A stretch of DNA of 64,000 nucleotides from an uncultured Nitrososphaeraceae archaeon (GTDB taxonomy: Archaea; Thermoproteota; Nitrososphaeria; Nitrososphaerales; Nitrososphaeraceae). Made by a program: the position numbers and the translations under genes. Below, piece after piece: positions 23,751-34,700 of this stretch. Positions within the stretch are counted from its first letter, which is position 1. Each line of letters begins with the position of its first letter. The stretch covers positions 51,651 through 115,650 of the forward strand of contig CAWGVG010000008.1 of NCBI GenBank assembly GCA_963825865.1, in the 5' to 3' direction. The notes below the pieces were generated by a model. That model was not told where the DNA came from. It ran no database searches and worked only from the letters and a program-made list of their open reading frames with translations.

Positions 23751-23860
23751 GATGTTTTCATCAGCTTTTAATTGCTAGATAGCATCTTGATGTATTTAGA
23801 AAATAAATGGACTGAGCTCCTACATGCCTCAAAACACAAATAATCCACAGTTTATAAATA

Positions 23861-24325
23861 TTAATGATGAGCAGATTTTTTTTCTCTATATATAATTAAT
23901 AATTCTAAGAGGAAACCTGCGATTGATGATAAGCCGATGGTCAATGCAGTTTCTGAAATAACTTTGATATTATGATGTTCAAAAACTTCTTTATAAAATT
24001 CTTCGTTAAAACCATGAGCTAGCAGGGCAACGAATACTATACCTGCAACTATTAATGCGCTTAAAATCGTATTTAATGTAAGAATCTTTACCTTTCCTTT
24101 ATTTACCTTAACCTGACCATAGTGTTTCAAATTATTTTCTATTAATGGTACGTCCTCATCATCAAATACAAACCCAGAGATGTCTAATATTCCGACATTT
24201 TTATCAGTCGTCTCAACGTCATGGAACTCCATAACATAAATTAATTTGTTCGGTGTTAGAAATTCCCTAACCTTTTCGACGTTATCTTGTTTACATATTA
24301 CCTTAATGTGTATTGGAATATGCAT
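23861..24325 (-). CDS. membrane protein with a soluble ACT/ferredoxin-like N-terminus and two C-terminal TM helices
   Basis: hydropathy pattern of the 154-aa ORF. Confidence 0.55.
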   Translation of the reverse strand: MHIPIHIKVICKQDNVEKVREFLTPNKLIYVMEFHDVETTDKNVGILDISGFVFDDEDVPLIENNLKHYGQVKVNKGKVKILTLNTILSALIVAGIVFVALLAHGFNEEFYKEVFEHHNIKVISETALTIGLSSIAGFLLELLIIYREKKSAHH

Positions 24326-24369
24326 TCATTACAATAAAAATTTCTTAATATAATAAGGAATTGCCTATC

Positions 24370-24606
24370 TCATGGTTGACAGAAACGTACACCATTTATA
24401 TTTCTAATACTGCGCTCTACCTGTTGGATTTGGTCTTTACTACCACTCACATCAACTATAACATCTGGATCTTCCTGAGATTTTTTTTCTACTCTAAATA
24501 CAAAGGTAACACCTTCCATTTTTTTAGATTCCTGTATAACAATTTTACAGGCACTTCCGCTACAATTTACTAATAAAGTTCCAGACAATTTATCATCATG
24601 ACTCAC
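24370..24606 (-). CDS. stand-alone Lrp/AsnC ligand-binding (RAM)-like domain
   Basis: LLVNC...MEGV..V...DVIVDV...IRNINGV pattern. Confidence 0.5.
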   Translation of the reverse strand: MSHDDKLSGTLLVNCSGSACKIVIQESKKMEGVTFVFRVEKKSQEDPDVIVDVSGSKDQIQQVERSIRNINGVRFCQP

Positions 24607-25416
24607 TTTAGTGCCACTTAATTGTAAGCAGGTTCTTTGAAGATTAAAACTTTGTCAATAATCATTTAGGGTATCTCAAAATTAGATCCATAGTAGGTTC
24701 GGTGTTAATCTTATTTTTAGTTTAGTTTTGTTTACTCATAACAAAAATTCTTAGTCTTATCAAGCTACAAAATTTTTAAATGCTATTGATTAGTTAATTA
24801 TCAGAATCGCTTTCCTGCTTTGACAACCCTGTTTTAGATATACCAAAATGGTAAATAGAACATTCCACATATAATAATCAATGCGAGAAATGTCTGGTTC
24901 CAGCTCCTCATCTCATCCGAACAATAGTTATGTATGCAAAATATGTGGCCTTGTCTTCTTACCCAACAAGCTCTTTCAGCAAACATAGATTCTGAATTCT
25001 GAACATCAAGAGGCAAAACAATCTGGTGTATTGTAATGTATTAGCATATCTTCATTGTGCTGTTAAAGCGCGTTTATCATGATTTCAGTAGTCATGTCTT
25101 CTTCAAATTCAATTTTCTTTGTTTTGAAGTTAAAAATGACAGCAGTATATTTCATCTTGTACTTTATCTCCTTTAGATATGTCATATATTACCAGATGGT
25201 AATCATAATCTTAAAAAGCATAAGTTGCTTATATAAATAACATCATTTGATAAAAAAAAGCATTGCCTTTATTATGGTTGAATAAATTACTCTACTTATA
25301 GTATGATGTTCCAGTTCTGTTTACAATTATGTCATACAGTCTTATTTGCTATCTTAATTTTTTCTGGCTAAGTGTGAAATAACCCCTTTCTCACTGCAAT
25401 CGATATATCTTAACTC

Positions 25417-25602
25417 GGATTTAGTTATGAGAAATCTAGATTGGATTTGGAAATTCTAGATAACTTTGATGTTATAGCTATGATTGCGATTGGGAAGAAA
25501 GGACCAAAAGAAAATCTCCCATTAGAATTGCAAAATAAAGAATTTCCTAGTAATGGAAAGCAATTGAATGAAATAGTAACTGAAGGTACATTTAGAAAAT
25601 AA
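25417..25602 (+). pseudogene. nitroreductase C-terminal remnant
   Basis: GFSYEKSRLDLEILDNFDVIAMIAIGKKGPKENLP...EIVTEGTF; no start. Confidence 0.65.
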
Positions 25603-25655
25603 AACAAACTTACTTTTAGAAGAAAGACTTTCACATGTATATATAGAGTAAAAGG

Positions 25656-25685
25656 AGATAGATAAATCGCCTGTTGATAAAAGGC
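25656..25685 (+). repeat. 30-bp dispersed direct repeat, copy 2
   Basis: agatagataaatcgcctgttgataaaaggc. Confidence 0.8.
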
Positions 25686-25844
25686 TGTAGTGATGGTAAT
25701 GGTTTCTTCAACTTTTATCTATTACTACTAAAAACTATAGATAGCCAATTTCTATTTTTTTTATCTTCATTAATTTAAATATAAATGTGTTCTTTGCTTA
25801 AAGGACATTCATATATGCTACCTTAAAGAAGTATATTCCCAAGA

Positions 25845-26330
25845 GTGGTCATAAATTTGGAACAGATAGGAGAGGCTACAAGAACAACAACAATAAAAGA
25901 AATACTGATAGCTATTGATGAATCAAAATATAGAGAAAAAATTATTAGATATGGATTGACATTAGCAAAATCGTTAGGAGCAGATGTAACAGCAGTTCAT
26001 GTTATTGATAGATATTCTCTAGGTGCTCTCCAGAGTCTAGGAGGACTTTTGGGCTACTATGAAAAATGGAAAACTTGGCTATGAGGAAGAATTAAGGAAA
26101 CACGCTAAAGAATTACTTGGTGAAGTAGACACTTAGCAAAAAAAGAATATGTCAAATATAATGAACGCATCATCAGTTGCAGAAGGAATAATTGACTATG
26201 TTCAAACACAAATATAGATCTTATTGTGATTGGTACAAAAGGAATGACCGGAGTAGAAAAATTCCTTATCGGAAGCGTAGCGAATAAAGTTGCAAGTCAC
26301 GCTCACTGTTCTGTATTAGAAGTTAGATAA
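25845..26330 (+). CDS. universal stress protein (several indels, possible pseudogene)
   Basis: ILIAID.S, VHVID, IDLIVIGTKGMTGVEKFLIGSVANKV. Confidence 0.8.
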
Positions 26331-26648
26331 CTTCCATAGGGCTTTACTATATTTCTATATTATGTATGATGTCAAGAAATATACTAACGAGCAACGTTTT
26401 ATAGCAGCAGAATAAACATTTTAGAGTAAATTTTTCTGAACCAAAATATGGTATTTTGCTAAAAGTGCAACGAAATTGAATAAACCAATATTTATACGCT
26501 TTTCAACAGATACCAGCATCAAAGGACCCTACAATATCGAACATCTATAGATAATGCAACATTTTTGGCCCGACTTGCTAATATGGTTTATAATAATAAT
26601 CGCGTACATTTTCCACTTTTTTAATTTTTATAGAAGTATAAGTTACTG

Positions 26649-27014
26649 CTATCTTAGTGTAAAACCGCATTTATTACAAAAGGCTGACCCCACAGGATTA
26701 TAGTTACCACATTTTATGCAATGATTTTGAAGTTTAATGTTAGATCGTATAACCTCATCTTTACCAAAGGATTTTTTGTTTTCCTTTTTAACAATTTGCA
26801 TCAAATCATAAATCTCCCATACCCAGAACGCTATTGCGGCTAATATTGAAAAATTAGAAGGTAAGAAAAGACTAGTAATGATTCCAATACCAATGGCAGA
26901 AATTAGAATAATTATCCCACGCTTTACATAGCGTATAAAGATATGACCTAATCCTGCTAGGAGTATATCCAGAACAATCGCCAAAACTAATTTGCGATTC
27001 GAAATTGCAATCAT
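26649..27014 (-). CDS. TM2-like membrane protein with a C-terminal double zinc ribbon
   Basis: GLGHIFI TM segment; CIKCG...FCNKCG. Confidence 0.75.
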   Translation of the reverse strand: MIAISNRKLVLAIVLDILLAGLGHIFIRYVKRGIIILISAIGIGIITSLFLPSNFSILAAIAFWVWEIYDLMQIVKKENKKSFGKDEVIRSNIKLQNHCIKCGNYNPVGSAFCNKCGFTLR

Positions 27015-27153
27015 TTCTTATATAGCAATGTAAAAGTTCGAGTTTATTTAATACTTAGCAAGTGGCACAACCAATCAAAAGAAGGTAATTTCGGAGCAAT
27101 AGAGACATTACAAAGAGTTGACTAATTTACTAGTATAACTTATAAAGTTCTAG

Positions 27154-28344
27154 TTGATATTAAATGATAATAAGATTACGATGCCATTCATTGATTCCTC
27201 AAAAGGTGAGTTGGGTACTGGTGAGCCTGTCAATTTCTACTTGAATGGTTTAACTGAAGAGATATCCTTCTCTACTCAATCACAAAACTTCTGTGTATGC
27301 TTTGTGGATATGGTGGACTCTACTAAGATTACAGCTGAGGCTACTAATAAAGAAAAAGTTAGAAAATATTATTCGATATTTATTAACACAATGGCAACTA
27401 TAGCAAGAAACTTTGGTGCAAAAGTAATTAAAAATACCGGCGATTGTTTGATATCCTACTATCCAAAAACATCCGATTCTACTTACAAGTCTGCTTTCAA
27501 AGATGTTATAGAATGTGGTCTGACAATGATAGAAGCCAGTCCGATTATCAATGCAAAGTTAAAACAAGAAGGATTGCTGTCTATTAGCTATAGGATTAGT
27601 GCTGATTATGGTGCTGTAGAGGTAGCCAAGTCAATAACTTCTCAAAATTATGATTTCTTTGGTTCTACGGTCAACCTATGTGCCAAAATAAACTCCAAGG
27701 CGCCACCAAACGGGATGGTTATAGGTGGTGACCTATATCAAATTGTAAAAAAATCATATGATTATTATCGTTTCGAAGAATTAGGTGGATACTCTATCGT
27801 TAGCTTCAAACACCCATATCCAATATATTCAGTAATAAGCAAGAATAGAAATAATAATATTAATAATGCTTTAAGCCAATATAAGACAAAAATAGAACGT
27901 GGTCAAATTCTTTCTTATTCTGATACATTATCAGCTACAGGCCAACGTCAACATCAACCAGGCCAGAGACACCCTTACAACGTCTTGCTAGTAGACGATG
28001 AACCTGATGCACTCTTAACCTACAAAACATTCTTAACTGCTGCTGAAGGCTATAACATAGATGCATTTACAGACCCTCAGGAAGCATTGAAACACTATGC
28101 GCAAGTGAATCCTTCTTATTATGATTTGGCTGTTATGGATATAAGGATGCCTGGTCTTAATGGGCTCCAGTTATACTATAGACTAAAAGCGATGAATATG
28201 TCCATCAAGGTGCTCTTTGTATCTGCTCTTGATGCAGCCGCAGAGATAGTATCTATATTGCCTGATGTAAGACAAAGTGATATTATTAGAAAGCCGGTCG
28301 ACCAGGAACACTTTGTCAATGCGGTAAAAGCAGTACTTGCTTAG
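27154..28344 (+). CDS. class III adenylate/guanylate cyclase fused to a C-terminal receiver domain
   Basis: FVDMVDST, KNTGDC, DFFGSTVNLCAK; VDDEPD, MDIRMP, RKP. Confidence 0.9.
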   Translation: MILNDNKITMPFIDSSKGELGTGEPVNFYLNGLTEEISFSTQSQNFCVCFVDMVDSTKITAEATNKEKVRKYYSIFINTMATIARNFGAKVIKNTGDCLISYYPKTSDSTYKSAFKDVIECGLTMIEASPIINAKLKQEGLLSISYRISADYGAVEVAKSITSQNYDFFGSTVNLCAKINSKAPPNGMVIGGDLYQIVKKSYDYYRFEELGGYSIVSFKHPYPIYSVISKNRNNNINNALSQYKTKIERGQILSYSDTLSATGQRQHQPGQRHPYNVLLVDDEPDALLTYKTFLTAAEGYNIDAFTDPQEALKHYAQVNPSYYDLAVMDIRMPGLNGLQLYYRLKAMNMSIKVLFVSALDAAAEIVSILPDVRQSDIIRKPVDQEHFVNAVKAVLA

Positions 28345-28589
28345 TATCTTTAAATACACATAAAAAGAGTTTATGAGGTTTTACACGTTTGCGCTTGACA
28401 TTTGGTATTTCATGATGACGACGACGACCTAATCTACATGGTGGGCCTTTTATTAACTACCTAGGTAGAATAAATCCAATTTTCATGTCCATTATATTTC
28501 ATCATTACAAACAGCTTACCGAACTATAAGAAGAGCTCCAGCAGCAGCAGCTTCTCTAATGCCTTTAGAATGAATATTTACCTGAGCGA

Positions 28590-28871
28590 CTAACCAAAAG
28601 TATTTAGAAAATCATTCATCATTTCAGCTCGAAGTTTATGTTGCATAGCACCAAGCATGTCTCCATTCTTAGCACATATTTCTGCTTGGTTTAACTCATG
28701 ATTGAATTCTTGAGAATAATTTTGTCTTATTTCATTTTTTTGACGTGCTATCGCATCATTCAGATCCTTGCTGAAAGTTTTGTCGAAATTATCTAGCCTT
28801 CTAGCTCTTTCATTGGAAGCTGACAACATCTTTGATATGAGAAAAGGCATATTTGTATATTTGGGCCACAT
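28590..28871 (-). CDS. hypothetical protein
   Basis: ORF 93 aa, helical composition. Confidence 0.4.
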   Translation of the reverse strand: MWPKYTNMPFLISKMLSASNERARRLDNFDKTFSKDLNDAIARQKNEIRQNYSQEFNHELNQAEICAKNGDMLGAMQHKLRAEMMNDFLNTFG

Positions 28872-29269
28872 AAGGGAGGTAGGTTTACAAGCATTAAGGT
28901 ATTATTACGATGCAGTAATTCATTTTGACAACAGTTAGTTATACTAGGTAACTAGATATAAAAAAAGATATCATTTTATTCTTATACAATTCTAAATATC
29001 GATCTGCTAAATCTTTTCTGGGAAATACAGCCGACCCTCTGAAGGAACCGTGTTCATCCGGAGATATTACCACCGATTTTTGTTTCTGTCTAACGTAGCG
29101 CTTTACTGAAAATAATATCAATTAATTATTATTTACCTAGATGGTAAGAGGAACATTAAGATTTGACATTGTCATGTTGTCCGAATTACAATATTTTATT
29201 TTTTATACGATGATATTTGTAGAGTCCAACTTCTGCTTTTAAAAGCCGGTCAAGAACCAGAAGCAATAA

Positions 29270-29369
29270 ACACCCTACAAGGTCTTGCTGGAAAAACGCC
29301 AAGGTTTGTGGAATAAAGATTGAGGGTAATAATAAATGGATAACACTAATTGAGAATGCCAGTTTATAA
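29270..29369 (+). mobile_element. 3' remnant of a DDE (IS6-like) transposase
   Basis: GLAGKTP..CGIKIEGNNKWITLIENAS* resembles the C-terminus of archaeal IS6-like transposases (from memory). Confidence 0.55.
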
Positions 29370-29544
29370 TAGTAATTTAATTCCGTATTTTTTCAAGTTC
29401 TCAAATATATCATTACAATTCTTTTCATATTTATCAAGAGTTAATTTATCTGCCTCTATTACTTTTTTATTCACATCATCAGGTATAAACCACGGCTAGG
29501 AACTTGTTTAATCTGTTTTTTATATTTAAGCTTAGGAACCGAAT

Positions 29545-30072
29545 ACAATGACAGAGAGGTAGAAAGTTCTATTTCATCTTTTGTCCGACGACAGTTAACA
29601 CTTTTTCAATTTGCTACTGTCCAAAGGTAAGTTAACAGAACCCAAGAATGTATAGTTTATGTAGTTGGTAAGACAGATGCCTTCGATAAAGAAGTCGGCC
29701 CATATGAGTTCAAAGCGATAAAGTCAGCAGAAAAGATCATAGAGCCAAGGTCATATGATGTTCAACAGACAAAATACTACATGGCAATGACAAATTCCAC
29801 GGTTGGCGTATTGCTATACTACCATCTTGATCCGAAATTTGCAGATGACCCTTCGGTGAAATTTCCTATTACAATGACAGAAGAGGAGCTATATTCGGAA
29901 CATGAAAAATTGGTTATAGCTGCTTTATCTTTGAGCGCAGCAATTTCGGCGGAGACCTGAAATGGCACGACATATTGCATTTGATCGTAAATTAGGATGG
30001 AAGTGTAAATCGTGCCGTTATTCCGAAGACTGTAAAGATATGTGCATTGCTGCAAATGGGTTCAAATCCTGA
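29545..30072 (+). pseudogene. solo Cas4-like PD-(D/E)xK nuclease, degraded
   Basis: VVGKTD...YEFK...QQTKYY, and after a frameshift WKCKSCRYSEDC; 5' end eroded. Confidence 0.7.
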
Positions 30073-30190
30073 GGAGATCTTAAAAAATGCCATCGCATGA
30101 ATTCAGGCAGAGACTGCAAGAAAATCTATTTTTTTATGTCTGCTTAGTGGTGGCGTTCATGTCATCGAGGTAAGGCAATACCTTGCTTCA

Positions 30191-30520
30191 TCAATTAGAG
30201 GGTGTTGTCGTCGTAGTCGAAAGAAATGTTTGTAATACTTTATTGATTTTATCTGGATATTGATCCATTACTGCATGACCAGCATCTTTTATCTGTACAA
30301 GCCATGCTCCTGGAATTTTTCCTGCAATGATTAAAGCATTAACATGCGGCTCGTAAAAATTATCATCGGTTCCAGCTATGACCAACGTAGGTTTGGCTAT
30401 TTTCGCAAGCTCGTCACAAGCACCATTCCAGTTGGTTGCCTCCCAAGCTTTTCCTATGTCATTCTGTCGCTTTAAAGTGTTAGGCGTAAGACCAGGCTTC
30501 GCTTGTTTGAAATCTGGTCT
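30191..30520 (-). pseudogene. alpha/beta hydrolase C-terminal fragment
   Basis: KPTLVIAGTDD...IPGAWLVQIKDAGH; N-terminus absent. Confidence 0.7.
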
Positions 30521-30663
30521 GGTGACTTGCTTATTAGTACGTCAATGATATCAAAGAACCGAACTATTGCTAAAGGTAATTCTTCAGACTTGCTGTTTTA
30601 TTACTTTATCTGGAAAGAGCTAGATAATCGATAATGGCTAAACATTTTAGGAAGAGATGATGA

Positions 30664-31620
30664 GTGTTAGCAAATTTGAAAAAAATCGATCATTTATCCA
30701 TTACGCTACTAATGGATAATTTTACTGACAGGTTATTGCCCACGTCTCCACATGCTAAAAGACCTCCTATGCTCAAGGAAGAAAGATTCCTTCCAGCACC
30801 CATCGCAGAACATGGCTTTTCTGCTATAATTGAAATTCACTATAATGCAGACAAGAAAGATAGATTTCTTTTCGATACTGGGGTTAGTAAAAATGGGATC
30901 ATTTTTAATGCTGATCTTTTCGGAATTGATTTAAAAAATATCAATGCTATAATCTTGAGCCATGGACATCTAGATCATTTTACAGGTATTGTCAGCGCAC
31001 TTCGGCGGATCGCAAAACCAATCGATGTGATTGTACATCCAGATGCGTTTCAGAGACGTTGGCTAATTCTTCCTGATGGAACTAAAGCAATGATGCCAGT
31101 CCTTGATGAAAAAGAGCTTGAGGAACATGGAGCAATTATCCACAAGAATGAATGTTTTAGTTTCCTTCCAACGGAGGATCCTCACCTACTGATTACAGGG
31201 GAAATTCCAAGACAAACTAGTTTTGAAAAAGGTTTTCCACTCCAGTATGTGGAAATTCCTGACAAGAAAGAACTCATTCACGATCCTTTAATAAAAGATG
31301 ACCAAGCAATAGTTGCAAATATTGAAGGTAAGGGTCTAGTTGTAATTACTGGCTGTGGGCATGCTGGAATTGTGAATACTCTGAATTATGCTAAAAAGTT
31401 GTTAGATACCAACAAGATTCATGCCATTTTGGGCGGCTTTCACCTTACTGGTAGTATATATGAACAAGCAATAGAGCCTACAATAATGGAGTTGCAAAAT
31501 GCTAATCCTGATTATATTATTCCCTGTCATTGCACAGGTTGGAAAGCAACTAATAGAATAATTCAAATAATGTCAGAAAAGTTTATCCAAACTAGTGTAG
31601 GTACGTCATTTATTTTTTAG
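30664..31620 (+). CDS. MBL-fold metallo-hydrolase (MJ0301/DHPS-like family)
   Basis: AEHGFS, LFDTG, LSHGHLDH, TGCGHAG, GGFHL, PCHCTG. Confidence 0.9.
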   Translation: MLANLKKIDHLSITLLMDNFTDRLLPTSPHAKRPPMLKEERFLPAPIAEHGFSAIIEIHYNADKKDRFLFDTGVSKNGIIFNADLFGIDLKNINAIILSHGHLDHFTGIVSALRRIAKPIDVIVHPDAFQRRWLILPDGTKAMMPVLDEKELEEHGAIIHKNECFSFLPTEDPHLLITGEIPRQTSFEKGFPLQYVEIPDKKELIHDPLIKDDQAIVANIEGKGLVVITGCGHAGIVNTLNYAKKLLDTNKIHAILGGFHLTGSIYEQAIEPTIMELQNANPDYIIPCHCTGWKATNRIIQIMSEKFIQTSVGTSFIF

Positions 31621-31865
31621 ATACATAAAAGAAAGGTATATCATAAAAATACATATAAACGATATTATTAATATGAATGACTCAGCATTTATTATATAAA
31701 ATCATTTAATTTGATTGTCAATTAGGTTTTTTTACAGCTTCTCTTTATAATATTCTATAACTTAAGGATCCAACGTTTAAATCCACCAATGAAGGCTGAA
31801 GTTTCATATTTTATCATGCTAAACTTTGTAAACAATGCAATACACATCAAAAGAGAGGACAATAT

Positions 31866-32165
31866 TTGACTGAAAGAGACAAAAATAAATCTGTTAAATA
31901 TAACAAAATGGATGTGGATGATGTAATATTTTATTTTAAAGAATTACAAGAGAATACATTTGTTAACCGTTCCATGAGTTTAAAAGATGAAATACAAAAG
32001 GTCAATATAGATGAGATTAGTTTCCTGGATGACGGTGGACGCAGTATAAGATTGCAATATTGGCAATATGGTAAATTAGGAGCTAGAAGATTAGTAAAAC
32101 AAACCTGCTATCCCCTGCACGTTATTTACATGTACACAGTCATGGATAAAAATAAAAATTATTAA
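31866..32165 (+). CDS. hypothetical protein
   Basis: ORF 99 aa only. Confidence 0.35.
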   Translation: MTERDKNKSVKYNKMDVDDVIFYFKELQENTFVNRSMSLKDEIQKVNIDEISFLDDGGRSIRLQYWQYGKLGARRLVKQTCYPLHVIYMYTVMDKNKNY

Positions 32166-32477
32166 AATAAGAGACGGTCAGGGTGTGGCTGCTTTCCTCC
32201 AGGTAGAAGAGGACAGCCAGCTTATTCACACAGAAACGACAAAAACAACAAAAAAGTATAGGCTTTATTGGAATAATGTGAAAAATAACCGACATGTATT
32301 ATCGTATATACCATGCCTAAATAAATCAAACTTATAAATCAAAGATCTTTGTAGAAGGTAACACGCACGAACACCTCTGAAATATGATTTAAGTAAATAT
32401 CTTCTCTTCAAAGGGCAGAGAAAGTAAGATAGCTAGAAATAAACTAAGATAATCGAAGTGATCCCATAGTCATTATT

Positions 32478-32660
32478 CTATACTGTTTTAATATGGGATC
32501 TTATTTTCTCTCTTAATTCATGAGTCATTAAATCTTCTTCATTATATCCATGATCCCTTACAGCATGTTCTCCAGCATTTTTCATAATTTCCTCTTCTGT
32601 TTCTCCCTTGCAAACGTAGTCACAGTCCATTCCTACTTCACGGCATGATACATTTAGCAT
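32478..32660 (-). CDS. DUF1059-family small metal-binding protein
   Basis: CREVGMDCDY..KGETEEEIM...EHA...H. Confidence 0.8.
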   Translation of the reverse strand: MLNVSCREVGMDCDYVCKGETEEEIMKNAGEHAVRDHGYNEEDLMTHELREKIRSHIKTV

Positions 32661-32869
32661 TATTCCTTTGTCAAAACCCCGTATAATAAATTGTATGCAT
32701 GTGAGGCAATCTACTATTACATACTTTCTTTCATAACTGAATATGGACTGAAGGTTATAATCTCAATATAGTATGTAAGTTACAACTTTTCATCAGATTT
32801 TTCTTATTTCCTTTCTCGAATTATCAAATGGAACATTGCCTAGAACCACAATCGCTGCATGACCTTCTG

Positions 32870-34292
32870 CTAGCTAATTTTTATGACTGAAGAATATGAT
32901 TTCAATGTAAGTTCTACCTTGCCCTGCCTTCCGTTATTTGCTGTAGCACCTATGACTTTCATCCTGTCACCTACATTCAATTTATTTACAGAAGAGCTTT
33001 GATCACGCCAACCTACTAATCGAATCTCTCCAGTATCATCTCCAAGTAGCGTATCAGCCACAACAACAAGTTCACCGCTCTTTGTATTCACTTCCGTCGT
33101 ATTGGGCGCCTGTAATACAATAGCCTCTATAATGAATGGATTTTCTGAAACTTGGATATCTTTAATTTTCGATTCGAATTTTGATACTTTTGGAAAAGAT
33201 GGATCATCGTCCATTATTCTAATATATGACTCATCTTTAGAAAGAGTAATAGAAGTTCCAAAGATTCTGCTTGGAACACATTCTATCATTGTATCAGCGA
33301 CCATCTCACTGGTCAATAGTATATTATCAATAATAACAGATATGAATTTGCCACTTCTATCTGCTGCAAGGCAGGTAACTTTGCCTCTACCAGTCTCTTT
33401 TCCGATTGAAATTATTCTCAAAGGAATAACTTCGACTTCTGTCTGGGATCCAGAATATTCCATCATCGTTCCTTCGTCGCCATGAATTTCAAAATCTCCA
33501 TTGCCATATTGCGGATTACCGGGCTTGATCCGGGTGCCTATCAATCTAACGTTGATACCGACGTTGAATACCTTTGGAATCTTTCGTTCATCAACATTCC
33601 AGATAACTACACGCAAAGAACGGGTATTGGCTTCGTTTGAGATTTGCATTTGGAGTGATTTGCTCAGCTCTCCTCGGATATTATTAAATTCAGATAATCT
33701 TGGATTTGAGTTAACCTTACCTATTATTATAACATTTTCTCGAAGATCATTGACATTGTCAACTGTAATGGTCATGGAGTCAATATTTGGAATAGAAGCG
33801 TCATCATTGCCAATTGGTTCAATAATTCCGTTTGAACTTAAATTGATAATTGGTTTACCATCAATCCCAGATTTGACATGACATCGAGAGATCTTTACTA
33901 AATCCCCAGGCTGCAAACCCATTTCATCTGGGATGTTAACCTGATTATTATCCCATAGCTTCACTTTGATGCTGGATTCTTTATCATAAATCGTTAGGGT
34001 TCGATTTATAACCTCTTCGTTGGTATCTTTTTTGATAAACTTACGAATGGGATAAATGTTCATAATGCGAGCGGTAACAGTTATTTCTTTTGCACCGATA
34101 TAAAGATCCTTGATTCCAGAGCTCGATTTTGGAACATTTTCAAATGAAATGCCAAGATCAGCAGCAACCAAAAATAATGCACCCTGATCGGTTAAATAAC
34201 CTGCGCCAATCTTGCGTTTCTTTTTCATCGATCATCTCCCTGATCTGCTCGACACTGATTTCTGGCTTCTGCTTTAGGAGTAATTCCACCAT
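32870..34292 (-). CDS. rpa: replication protein A-like multi-OB-fold ssDNA-binding protein (indel in poly-A near 34225)
   Basis: GYLTDQGALFLVAADLG N-terminus; OB motifs IKVKLWD and GDDTGEIRLVGW. Confidence 0.85.
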
Positions 34293-34700
34293 TTTTTTAA
34301 AGTCAACAGACAAATTTGTGAGCAGACCCCCTCCGTGTTATTACATGCATCAAGTTCTTAAAAATAAGGGAATATACTTGCCTATATTCTTTGAGCATAT
34401 GAAGCATCTAGGAGTCATTACACAAAATCGGATGTATAGTGAGTCGCAAAAAGAGTGCATAAATGAGATTGAGCCTAAAGTGAAGAGTAAATGAAAAAAA
34501 GCAATAATTATAATAATAATAGTAAGAGATGAGTGCATGGGGTATTCTGTAAGTTGTTCGCCATCATTGTGGGCTAATGTTAAAATTACATTGATCTAAC
34601 AAATTCCTGATATTATTATATCCAAGAAAGATGAAATTAGCTAGAATATTTTATCACCTTAATTTATCTATGAGAACAGTTAAAATAATGATGTACATTC

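Noticed and set aside
29819-30055. ORF-track 78-aa minus-strand protein
   Set aside because: Antisense shadow of the Cas4-like frame
30058-30069. gggttcaaatcc matching the tRNA-Arg T-arm as an att site
   Set aside because: Only 12 bp, lies within coding sequence, and the match does not extend into the acceptor stem
772-30072. TIR, SIR2, cyclase and Cas4 as one defence system
   Set aside because: Spread over 29 kb, each truncated and separated by unrelated genes
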